Source: Stenotrophomonas phage Philippe
DNA length: 24,000 nucleotides
Reading direction: 5' to 3' (one strand)
Sequence record: MZ326861.1
Positions 13,416-21,835 of the stretch are shown piece after piece. The notes under the pieces were generated by a model. That model was not told the origin of the DNA. It saw nothing but the letters and a program-made list of their open reading frames with translations, and did no database searches. The position numbers were made by a program, and so were the translations under genes. Position 1 is the first letter of the stretch. Each line of letters opens with the position of its first letter.

Positions 13416-14302
13416 TGAAATCCGTAGAGACTCCCATCATCCTCGCCCATTCGGTCAGCCCACAGGGCATCGAGCTGATCACGTGGCAGCTGCGTTACTG
13501 GCGTCCGATTCATTCGGAGCTGATGACGCATCGTGTCTTCAGTCGCAATGCTGGTTCCAGCCGTGCGCGCCCAAGCAAAGCCATCATCGATCAGGTTCGT
13601 AATGATCCGTGGGGTCCGTTGCACTGGGGAGCCAATGAACCAGGTATGCAAGCCAATGCGGAGCTGACTGATACAGCAGGTGCCCAAGCCATCTGGCGTA
13701 TGGCAGCACAAACTGCTGCTGGCAGAGCACATCAACTGATGGATAACTATGGTGCACACAAGCAGATCGTCAATCGTCTGTTGGAACCATTCACTTACAT
13801 CGACGTGGTTCTGTCGGGTACCGACTTCGCCAACTGGTACGCACTGCGTGACCACAAGGATGCACAGCCAGAGATCCGTGAGCTTGCCTCGCTGATGAAG
13901 GAAGTACAGGCACACAGTGCACCTCAGTTGCTGGAACCGGGTGAATGGCATCTGCCGTACATCACGGAGGAAGACTGGACTACTGCTGCCAGCGTGGTCC
14001 CAGAAAGTCGCTATCAGGAACGTGACGTTCTGGAGCTGCTCCGTAAGGCATCCGCTGCTCGCTGTGCTCGTGTCAGCTACAAGCTGCACGATGGTTCCAA
14101 GACCGACTTCACGAAGGATCTGGAACTGTTCGAGCGACTGTTGGTGAGCCAGCCTCTTCATGCAAGTCCGGCTGAGCATCAGGCTACGCCTGACAGCTTT
14201 GAACCAATGACGCAGACGTGGGACAACCTGCGTGAGCACGGAAATTTCCGTGGCTGGCGACAATTCAGAAAGCAGCTCCCCAATGAGTACGTCCCCGGAT
14301 AA
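13415..14302 (+). CDS. thyX: ThyX-like FAD-dependent thymidylate synthase
   Basis: 'LITWQLRYWRPIHSELMTHRVFSRNAGSSRARP' corresponds to the ThyX signature region (RHRxxSxNxxSxR-like, divergent), with a large helical domain downstream. Confidence 0.8.
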   Translation: MKSVETPIILAHSVSPQGIELITWQLRYWRPIHSELMTHRVFSRNAGSSRARPSKAIIDQVRNDPWGPLHWGANEPGMQANAELTDTAGAQAIWRMAAQTAAGRAHQLMDNYGAHKQIVNRLLEPFTYIDVVLSGTDFANWYALRDHKDAQPEIRELASLMKEVQAHSAPQLLEPGEWHLPYITEEDWTTAASVVPESRYQERDVLELLRKASAARCARVSYKLHDGSKTDFTKDLELFERLLVSQPLHASPAEHQATPDSFEPMTQTWDNLREHGNFRGWRQFRKQLPNEYVPG

Positions 14303-14576
14303 GGACACCCCAGTAGACTACACGTCTACTCGTAACCTACAGGCAATACTTGGTAAGCATAGCTTCAAAGATGAGATGGCCAAGTACAAGGCGAAGCTCG
14401 ATGCTGCTTACAGGTTTGCAGAAGGAGACGATGGCTTGTTCCTGCTGGGGCTGACACTCAATGGACTCGATCTGGTTCCACCGGGAACCATGATGGACAT
14501 GAAGGTCTACTGGATCCGAGCACATGCGTCCAAGTCAGACCTGTGGGAGACAGGCAGCTACATCGTTGAGGTGTAG
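14283..14576 (+). CDS. Hypothetical protein
   Basis: ATG at 14283 overlapping the ThyX gene end; 97 aa. Confidence 0.65.
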   Translation: MSTSPDKDTPVDYTSTRNLQAILGKHSFKDEMAKYKAKLDAAYRFAEGDDGLFLLGLTLNGLDLVPPGTMMDMKVYWIRAHASKSDLWETGSYIVEV

Positions 14577-14599
14577 CTCCAGTCGTGTTTTGTGGTTAC

Positions 14600-14632
14600 A
14601 GCCCTGTCAGAGAACTGGCAGGGCTTTCTTTT
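14600..14632 (+). terminator. Intrinsic terminator
   Basis: AGCCCTGTCAG-AGAA-CTGGCAGGGCT followed by TTCTTTT. Confidence 0.9.
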
Positions 14633-14649
14633 ATCTGGAGGTTTAAATC

Positions 14650-17121
14650 GTGGAAGTAGTCAACAGTGATCGCCGTGCGAATGCAGCCCTCATTGGCTCA
14701 GCCGGTGATGCGGCAGCAGTGACGGTGGCAAACAATCGTGCGTTCTTGGAAATGCTTTCCTCGAACCTCTACAGCCGACCCAAGGAAGCAATGATCCGTG
14801 AGATCTTGTGCAACGGTGACGATGCACACATCGACAACGGATATGAAGGCCCACTGGAGATCACCCTCGACAGCACTGAGAACGTACTGAAGATCCGTGA
14901 CTTCGGCAAGGGCATTCCTCACGACAAGATTGGTGAGATCTACGGCACCTACGGTGGCTCCACCAAGGCCGGTGATTCCATGGCAACTGGTGGCTTCGGT
15001 CTGGGCTGCAAGTCTCCGTGGTCTTACACAGATGTCTTCACTGTGACCAACTGCCACGGTGGAACCAAGACCATCTACTCGATGGTGAAGACCTCTCCCG
15101 AACACAATGGCATGCCAGCCATTGTCCCGATTCTTTCGATGCCGACTGACGAAACCGGTGTCGAAGTGCGAGTGGATATTCGTGCAGGTGACCTGTACGA
15201 AATCGAAGCACTGCTGAAGCAGACAGTGCTACGTGGTGGTATCAAGGCTACCTTGCACGGAACTCCCATGGTTGCTGTGGACTACAGCAATCCTGAAGAC
15301 TACACCTTCCTTGCCCGTTACAACTTGGGTAGTGATCGTGAAATGATCATGATCAAGTACGGTGCTGTGCTGTACCCGGTCAAGAGTCATGAGATCTACC
15401 TGAAAGAATACCGAGCCATCACGGCTTACATGGAGTCTTCGGACACCATTATTCTGAAAGCTCCGAGCGATAGTCTGGTCATCTCGCCAAGTCGAGAGAA
15501 CGTGTCCTACGTGGACAAGACCGTCAAGACGATCTGGGAACTGCTCCGCAAGTTCATGATGGAGATCAATCGCAAGGCTGAACCATATGCGAAAGATCGA
15601 ATTCGTGACGGCAACCGACGGATGATCAAGGCACGTGGTACCGATTGGCTGTCGGACTATCGTGGGTACACCCCGACCAGTTATATGTTGTCGCCTATGC
15701 TGCCTAAGCCTGCTGAAGAAATGTCAGTGTTCGACAAGGTGATCCACCGCAGCATCACCGTCAGCTACCCGAGTCAGTTCGGCGCACTGGATCTGATTCA
15801 CCGAGTCAAGGAAACAAACAAGCTGTTCTGGACGGGCGATGTTGGTCCATGGATCAAGCAGCGTTGGCAGACTCTGGCGGATCACCTGATCAATGTGGCT
15901 CACAAACGGGAGTTCGGTACTGCAGGCCACGCTCTCATGCGTAAGGCTGCAATCCATCCGATGTTGCGTGTACTGGCTCGCAATGGCTTGGATAAAGAAA
16001 AGCTACTGATCATCAATGCAGACGGTTGGCGTAACTCCGAATCGTGGAACGATAGTCGTCGTCCTGTGCGGTTGGAAAAGGTGGATGAGCACGAGGAACT
16101 GGAGTTCGATGATATCTACCATCTGGCGATGAACGCGGTGATCCTGAGCCACACCATCGCAGGTGCTGCGGATGGCCACTTTGTACGTGGTCGAGGTAAG
16201 CACATGATCTATATCGTGCCTCGGAACCAGTCGGAAGTGGATCGTGTGCTGCAGGTCTTCAAGACCTATGGCATCCCGGTGATGGACCTGACGCCGAATC
16301 AGCAATCGAAGACTGTCGCTGCAACTGCCAAACGTAGTGCCAACATCTACCCGAGTCTGGGTTGGCTCCGTGCTACCAAGAAGACGAACCATTCGGGCTT
16401 GCCATTTCTGGATCGTAGTCGTGATCAGCCTGCAACCAGCTACGTGAGTGATCCGAAGGTCTACATCATGTGCAGCATCCGCAGGGGTACTGACACGGTG
16501 GGTCCAATGGATCTGCCGAGTCACCCGTATCGGAAGATCTACTCGTTCCTGCCGGATGACACTGCAATCGTTACCACGGCACTGGAAGTGAAGCGTCTGC
16601 GTAAGGGTGGTGCAATCAGCCTGCCCGAGTTCATCATCAAGACCGTCTGTGAACTCTGGAATGAACCCAATGTGCGTAAGCTGTGGTTCTATCTGGGGCA
16701 CACCATTCGCGAAGAGAGTGTCCATTGCGTCCCTCTCAATGCAGCCAAGCGAATCCTGAAGAGCGATTGGTGTAGGCAGCAGATGGGTGTCACACTGGAC
16801 ATGTCCACGGCTGAAATGGACAAGCTCGACTTGCTCGTGTCGTTCTCGGACTATGAATACACGATCAAGAAGGCTGCATCCGAGGCTGCGGAAATACCGT
16901 TGTCCAAGGCTGATCCGTTCAACATGACGCGTCACCTGAAACACGCCAGCAAGCCGGAGAACTACCCGGCGAAACTGATCATGATGCACAAGCGAATGCA
17001 GTCCAATCCGTTCTTCCGAGAGAGCGTAGTCAGTCTTGACGCAATCATGCGTCTGGAGCAAACCGCCGACGATGCACTGAAAGCAAAGCTCGGCAAAATC
17101 CTTTCCATAACTCTGGAGTAA
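14650..17121 (+). CDS. rIIA: rIIA-like protein (GHKL/HATPase N-terminal domain)
   Basis: GTG start preceded by TGGAGG. 'EAMIREILCNGDDAHIDNG', 'LKIRDFGKGIPHDKIGEIYGTYGGSTK', 'GGFGLGCKSPWSYTDVFTVTNCHGG' are GHKL motifs. 823 aa, adjacent to the rIIB-like gene. Confidence 0.88.
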   Translation: MEVVNSDRRANAALIGSAGDAAAVTVANNRAFLEMLSSNLYSRPKEAMIREILCNGDDAHIDNGYEGPLEITLDSTENVLKIRDFGKGIPHDKIGEIYGTYGGSTKAGDSMATGGFGLGCKSPWSYTDVFTVTNCHGGTKTIYSMVKTSPEHNGMPAIVPILSMPTDETGVEVRVDIRAGDLYEIEALLKQTVLRGGIKATLHGTPMVAVDYSNPEDYTFLARYNLGSDREMIMIKYGAVLYPVKSHEIYLKEYRAITAYMESSDTIILKAPSDSLVISPSRENVSYVDKTVKTIWELLRKFMMEINRKAEPYAKDRIRDGNRRMIKARGTDWLSDYRGYTPTSYMLSPMLPKPAEEMSVFDKVIHRSITVSYPSQFGALDLIHRVKETNKLFWTGDVGPWIKQRWQTLADHLINVAHKREFGTAGHALMRKAAIHPMLRVLARNGLDKEKLLIINADGWRNSESWNDSRRPVRLEKVDEHEELEFDDIYHLAMNAVILSHTIAGAADGHFVRGRGKHMIYIVPRNQSEVDRVLQVFKTYGIPVMDLTPNQQSKTVAATAKRSANIYPSLGWLRATKKTNHSGLPFLDRSRDQPATSYVSDPKVYIMCSIRRGTDTVGPMDLPSHPYRKIYSFLPDDTAIVTTALEVKRLRKGGAISLPEFIIKTVCELWNEPNVRKLWFYLGHTIREESVHCVPLNAAKRILKSDWCRQQMGVTLDMSTAEMDKLDLLVSFSDYEYTIKKAASEAAEIPLSKADPFNMTRHLKHASKPENYPAKLIMMHKRMQSNPFFRESVVSLDAIMRLEQTADDALKAKLGKILSITLE

Positions 17122-17127
17122 TCAGCA

Positions 17128-19131
17128 ATGAAGATCCAAGTGGCTGCAGCCATCCTGAAGGATGACAGCCTGACCCTGATCACCACATCCGGTGAGTACC
17201 ACAAGATCCCGCAAGGCGATGCTCGTATTCGTCCGCTGCTGGATCTGGTCCTGCCCATCGTGAAGAACGGTGGCACCGTGGAGGTCGATCTGGCTTCCGT
17301 CACCCAGAACCACTACGAAGAATTCGAGAAGAAGACCAACGGTGTCATTCGTTTCTTCCGTGTGGCGAAGGAAAAGCTGAAGAGCTGGTTTGGCGAGAAG
17401 TCGCTGACCGTCGATGGCACCTACGGCAACATCCCCGATACGCCAAAGGCAGAAGAAGAAGAGAAGCTGCACACTCTGCCAGAAGTGCAGACGGAAGAAG
17501 TGCTGGCTGCACAGCGTGAGCGTACTCTGAAGGAAATCACCGAGAGTGCAACGCCCATCGCTGGCATGGTGTTCAACGAAGGCACCAAGCAGAACGATGT
17601 TCCGCTGCAGGAGAACGAAACCGTCATTGCCGTCGTAGATGGCAAGGGCATCGTCCCGAATGCACAGAACCTGCTCCCACAGATCGCTCGATCCAACAAG
17701 ATCGGCAGCACCATCGGCATGGAGAACTTCATGCGTCGTACTGCTGGCCTGAAGCGTCAGCACTCGCAGGAAGACCTGATCCAGTTCATCGGCAAGTCCG
17801 ATCTGCAGGTGGCTGATGACGGCTGCATTCTGGGCTGGAAGAACCTCAATTCTTCCGGCGAAGAGAATGTTTACGTCGATCCGTTCACCCGCAAGGTTCG
17901 CCAGTGGATCGGTTCGCTGGTCTTCATGGCTGAAAATCTGGTGGACCCGAACCGTGGTCAGGACTGCTCCAACGGTCTGCACGTGGCCAGCCGCTCGTAT
18001 CTGGGTGGCTACATGGGCAATGGTGGTGGCACCTTCCTGATCAAGATCCGCCCGGAAGACGTCATCGCCGTGCCGAAGTACAACACCAACAAGATGCGTG
18101 TGTGTGCGTACCACATCCTCGGCAAGCTGTCGCCGGAAGACACCCGTCTGATGCTGGACAACAAGCCGCTGGCTTCGGAAGCCGGTCAGCGTCTGCTGGC
18201 TCACGCTGTGGCCGGTACCCACATCGCCGTCACCCACAAGACCGAGATCACTGGCAGTCGTGGTGAGGGTTGCATCTACACCACCGTGGACGCTTTCGCT
18301 ACCCCGGCCACCAACGAAGATACCGTGGCTGTGGCCGTGGAAGATGAGACTGTGGCTGTGGTAGAACCGGTGGACTACGAGAACGCCGAAGCTGCTCCGG
18401 TCATCGACCCCAACGAAGTGGCTGAGGAAGTCACCGAGCTGAAGTCGGGCCAGCCCACCCGCAAGGAACAGGCAGAAGCTCTGTACGAAGCGTGGGCGGC
18501 CAGTGGTGCCAAGCTGGACAGCCAGGAGTTCCATGACCTGACTGCCTTCAAGAAGGCGTGCAAGGTCAGCTGGAGCAAGCTGGGTCTGCCCAGCAGCCCG
18601 AACGGCAATGTCCTGCCCCCGACTGCCTCGGTGGCCTTGCCCCCCGTGGAAGCTCCTGTGCAGGCCGTGGAGGCCGTCGAAGAGGCTCCGGCACCGGTGG
18701 TGGCGGAAGAGGCTGAACTGTCCGCAGAAGAGCTGTACGAGCGTTACATCGACAGCGACGCTGACAGTGCCGAAGAACGCAAGTACGCTGGTCTGCTGCT
18801 GAAGGTGCTGGATTCCGATCCGGATGCCTTCTACGACGTCTGTGACAGCGAAGACGTACAGATCTTCCGCGATATCGTGGAAGAAGACGAACAACCCACC
18901 CCAACCGAGGAAAAGACCGTGGAAGCACCGAAGAAGCTCACCCCGTCGGGTGAAAAGAAGCCGTACCGTGAACAGCTGCAGGATCTACTGAAGGGTGAAA
19001 CCTCCCTGACCCTGAAGTCCCCGAGCAAGGCTCGTTCGGCCCTGAGCATCAAGCAGGCATCGAAGAAGGGCTGGTCCGTGCTCGGCGTGGACGAAAAGCT
19101 GGCCAAGCGGATCGTTGAGCTGGCCAAGTAA
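17128..19131 (+). CDS. rIIB: rIIB-like protein
   Basis: 'EDLIQFIGKSDLQVADDGCILGWKNLN...VDPFTRKVRQWIGSLVFMAENLVDPNRGQDCSNGLHVASRSYLGGYMG' matches the rIIB conserved core. RBS GGAGTAA upstream. Confidence 0.88.
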   Translation: MKIQVAAAILKDDSLTLITTSGEYHKIPQGDARIRPLLDLVLPIVKNGGTVEVDLASVTQNHYEEFEKKTNGVIRFFRVAKEKLKSWFGEKSLTVDGTYGNIPDTPKAEEEEKLHTLPEVQTEEVLAAQRERTLKEITESATPIAGMVFNEGTKQNDVPLQENETVIAVVDGKGIVPNAQNLLPQIARSNKIGSTIGMENFMRRTAGLKRQHSQEDLIQFIGKSDLQVADDGCILGWKNLNSSGEENVYVDPFTRKVRQWIGSLVFMAENLVDPNRGQDCSNGLHVASRSYLGGYMGNGGGTFLIKIRPEDVIAVPKYNTNKMRVCAYHILGKLSPEDTRLMLDNKPLASEAGQRLLAHAVAGTHIAVTHKTEITGSRGEGCIYTTVDAFATPATNEDTVAVAVEDETVAVVEPVDYENAEAAPVIDPNEVAEEVTELKSGQPTRKEQAEALYEAWAASGAKLDSQEFHDLTAFKKACKVSWSKLGLPSSPNGNVLPPTASVALPPVEAPVQAVEAVEEAPAPVVAEEAELSAEELYERYIDSDADSAEERKYAGLLLKVLDSDPDAFYDVCDSEDVQIFRDIVEEDEQPTPTEEKTVEAPKKLTPSGEKKPYREQLQDLLKGETSLTLKSPSKARSALSIKQASKKGWSVLGVDEKLAKRIVELAK

Positions 19132-19148
19132 GCCAACGGGACTACTAA

Positions 19149-19179
19149 GGTGCCCCAGTCCGATATAGACTGGGGCACC
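19149..19179 (+). promoter_or_regulatory. 12-bp perfect RNA hairpin just upstream of a GTG-start gene, no U-tract
   Basis: GGTGCCCCAGTC-CGATATA-GACTGGGGCACC, followed directly by CTAAGTAGGAG (RBS) and GTG at 19199. Confidence 0.7.
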
Positions 19180-19198
19180 CTAAGTAGGAGCTATACCC

Positions 19199-19558
19199 GT
19201 GGCAAAAGTACTCCGTGTCAACCGAAAGGCTGACGACTTCGACGTTGTTCGCATGAACAACCTCGGTCTGTCACTGCGAACCATCGGAGCTGAGTTGGGT
19301 GTTCATCCCACCAGCGTTGCAGCCCGTCTGCGGAACCTCAACATCGAACCAGCAGATACCCGTCGATCCTTCATGGAAGACGTGTTCCGTTCCCTGTCGG
19401 GTGACGAACAGTCGTGGCTGGCCGATCAACTCAATCAAAACCATCAGGTCAAGGATTACGTGATCCTCCTGATCCGAGACAAATACAAGCGAGACACCAA
19501 TGTCGGAACTGCAGCAAACAATTCAGTGGTTCAAGCTGGCCAAGCCGGAACCAACTGA
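19199..19558 (+). CDS. Small HTH-containing protein
   Basis: 'FDVVRMNNLGLSLRTIGAELGVHPTSVAARLRNLNI' is an HTH pattern; 119 aa. Confidence 0.7.
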   Translation: MAKVLRVNRKADDFDVVRMNNLGLSLRTIGAELGVHPTSVAARLRNLNIEPADTRRSFMEDVFRSLSGDEQSWLADQLNQNHQVKDYVILLIRDKYKRDTNVGTAANNSVVQAGQAGTN

Positions 19559-19946
19559 CAAAGATCTGAACGTGCAGGCCGGTGTGCACTTCGAGGAAGT
19601 CACCGAGATGCTGGATCAGGTCGAAGGTGTCACCCCGGAGACTGCACTGCTGGTCATCGAAGCCAACCGTGCTCTGAAGGCACTGGCTGACAAGATGAAG
19701 TCGAGTCCGCTGGACTTCACCGTGGGCAAGTACGATCCAAAGGAACTGCTGGACGCTCTGTGTGATCAGACGGTCACTGCAACCGGTGTGGCAGTACTGG
19801 CAGGTATGGACTTCGCTGGTGCCATGCAGGAAGTGAACAAGTCGAACTATTCCAAGTTCGTGGACGGCAAGCCCGTGTTCAACGAGCAGGGCAAGATCGC
19901 CAAGGGTCCGGACTTCTTCCGACCAGACTTGAAGCCGTTCATCTGA
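19500..19946 (+). CDS. MazG-like/phosphoribosyl-ATP pyrophosphohydrolase-like nucleotide pyrophosphohydrolase
   Basis: 'FHFEEVTEM'-type helix ('GVHFEEVTEMLDQVEG'), 'ELLDALCDQTVTATGVAVLAGMDFAGAMQEVNKSNYSKFVDGKPVFNEQGKIAKGPDFFRPDL'. Confidence 0.85.
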   Translation: MSELQQTIQWFKLAKPEPTDKDLNVQAGVHFEEVTEMLDQVEGVTPETALLVIEANRALKALADKMKSSPLDFTVGKYDPKELLDALCDQTVTATGVAVLAGMDFAGAMQEVNKSNYSKFVDGKPVFNEQGKIAKGPDFFRPDLKPFI

Positions 19947-19955
19947 TCGTCCGAT

Positions 19956-19980
19956 GGCCACCTCCGGGTGGCCTTCATTT
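19956..19980 (+). terminator. Intrinsic terminator
   Basis: GGCCACC-TCCG-GGTGGCC followed by TTCATTTTTG. Confidence 0.85.
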
Positions 19981-19991
19981 TTGGAGCACAC

Positions 19992-21314
19992 ATGAATACT
20001 CCTACGCTGAACCAAGGCCAGCAGGCTGCGGTTGATGGATTCTTCGCATTCCTGATGGATCCAGAACAGAAAGAAATGATCATCAGTGGCCCCGGTGGTG
20101 TAGGTAAGTCCTTCACTGTGGCCCAGATGATCGACACGGTGATGCAGAACTACTTCGACAACTGCAAGATGTTCGGCATCGAGCCGATCTACAAAGACGT
20201 CGTTGTTACTGCAACCACCAACAAGGCAGCAGAAGTGCTGACCAAGAGTATGGGTTACCCGGCTCAAACCATTCACTCGTACATGAACCTGCGAGTGCAA
20301 GAGAACACCAAGACGGGTGAGATGCAACTCACTCCGACCGGCGAATACACGGTCAAAGAGAACACCGTCATCTTCGTTGATGAGTACTCGATGATCTGTC
20401 GCCAGCTGCGACGCTTCCTGTCGGAAGGTGTGTCGTCCAAGTCCTGCAAGATCGTCTACGTGGGTGATCACTGTCAGCTGGCTCCAGTGAAGGAAGATGA
20501 GATCGTCATCGCCAATCGTGGCCTGCCGACGTATCACCTCACCGAGCAGATGCGAACCAATGTGCCTGAGTTGCAGGCTCTCAATGCTCAGCTGCGAGAG
20601 ACTGTCGAGACTGGCATCTTCAAGCCCATCAAGGTCGTACCGGGGATCATTGATCTCTACACCGATGAGCAGATGGAAGCTGCTCTGCAGGCAGACTTCG
20701 CTCAACAGAACCCTGACGTGCGAATCCTCGCCTACTCGAACAAGCGAGTGCAGGAGTACAACGATTACATCCGTTGGCTCCGACAGCTGGATGCTGCACC
20801 GCATGTGGGTGAGCTTCTGATCTGCAACTCAGCAGTCAAGGTTGGCTTCGGTAAGAATGCCAAGATGATTGCCACTGAAGCCGAGCTGGAAGTGGTCAAC
20901 GTCTGGGAGAACGAGATGGTCACCATCTCGGAACAGTCAGGTGACACCTTCGAGATCGAGTGCTACGTGCTCGACGTAAAGACCTCGTGGGAGAAGATCA
21001 ACAACGTGTACATGCCAGTGGACAAGAACCACTGGAACCAGTTGATCCGTTACTACGCCAACCGGAAAGAATGGGTCACCTACTTCAAGCTGAAGCAGCA
21101 GTTCGCCGATCTTCGTCCTCGTGATGCTTCCACTGTGCACAAGGCACAAGGCAGCACCTTCGATCATGTCTACATCGACCTCACCGATATCAGTCGTTGC
21201 ACGCAAGGCACCGTGGCAGCCCGTCTGCTCAACGTTGCATTCACCCGTGCTCGTACTCGCATCATCATGCACGGCAATCTGACCGAACGCATGGGGGGTC
21301 TACTTCTGGAGTAG
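19992..21314 (+). CDS. Dda/RecD-like SF1 DNA helicase
   Basis: Walker A 'GPGGVGKSFT', 'VIFVDEYSMICRQL', 'VYVGDHCQLAPV', 'STVHKAQGSTFDHVYIDL', 'LLNVAFTRARTRI'. Confidence 0.92.
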   Translation: MNTPTLNQGQQAAVDGFFAFLMDPEQKEMIISGPGGVGKSFTVAQMIDTVMQNYFDNCKMFGIEPIYKDVVVTATTNKAAEVLTKSMGYPAQTIHSYMNLRVQENTKTGEMQLTPTGEYTVKENTVIFVDEYSMICRQLRRFLSEGVSSKSCKIVYVGDHCQLAPVKEDEIVIANRGLPTYHLTEQMRTNVPELQALNAQLRETVETGIFKPIKVVPGIIDLYTDEQMEAALQADFAQQNPDVRILAYSNKRVQEYNDYIRWLRQLDAAPHVGELLICNSAVKVGFGKNAKMIATEAELEVVNVWENEMVTISEQSGDTFEIECYVLDVKTSWEKINNVYMPVDKNHWNQLIRYYANRKEWVTYFKLKQQFADLRPRDASTVHKAQGSTFDHVYIDLTDISRCTQGTVAARLLNVAFTRARTRIIMHGNLTERMGGLLLE

Positions 21315-21318
21315 TTGT

Positions 21319-21828
21319 ATGGCTAGGCCGTATAAGCCCACCGCAGTACAAGGATTGGTCAACAAGATTCTGGAGACAGAAACCAAACTGCACCAAGGCT
21401 TCATTGATTCAATCATTGATGCGAACCACCGTGTATTGAAGACCCCCGAAAGTCATTTCGGATTCCTCATGGGAGGGCACAGGTATCTACGTTCAGGGTT
21501 GTTCGCCATAGTGGCACTGCCTACCCTGCACGAGGACGTGTATCCTGACTGGCTTCCCATCAAAAAGCTGATCGACAAGCTGAAGGGTGATGAGCGTCAG
21601 CTGATCCAGTACATCGGAAATGTGTTGTCGAAGTACAAAGATCAGACGAATGTGCTGATCAATGTCTTCCCGGATGCAATGCAGGAATACCTGCCGATGG
21701 GTGGCTACAGACGCACCATGTCTGCGGGTGATCAGCTTATACAGCTACAAGACCACAACCTTCTCCGTGTGTACAACCGTATGAACCAGTTGATCGAGTT
21801 CTATCACGGTGGGAAGTTCATGATTTGA
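21319..21828 (+). CDS. Hypothetical protein
   Basis: 169 aa ORF between the helicase and polymerase genes. Confidence 0.7.
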   Translation: MARPYKPTAVQGLVNKILETETKLHQGFIDSIIDANHRVLKTPESHFGFLMGGHRYLRSGLFAIVALPTLHEDVYPDWLPIKKLIDKLKGDERQLIQYIGNVLSKYKDQTNVLINVFPDAMQEYLPMGGYRRTMSAGDQLIQLQDHNLLRVYNRMNQLIEFYHGGKFMI

Positions 21829-21835
21829 GGTGATC

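Noticed and set aside
13274-14308. Minus-strand 344-aa ORF
   Set aside because: Antisense to the ThyX-like gene; no motifs.
16003-17061. Minus-strand 352-aa ORF
   Set aside because: Antisense to the rIIA-like gene, no motifs, no RBS context.
17122-18894. Minus-strand 590-aa ORF
   Set aside because: Antisense to the rIIB-like gene; Val/Val-Val- and His-rich composition typical of a shadow ORF.
19449-20804. Minus-strand 451-aa ORF
   Set aside because: Antisense across the MazG-like and helicase genes, ignores the terminator at 19956; shadow ORF.
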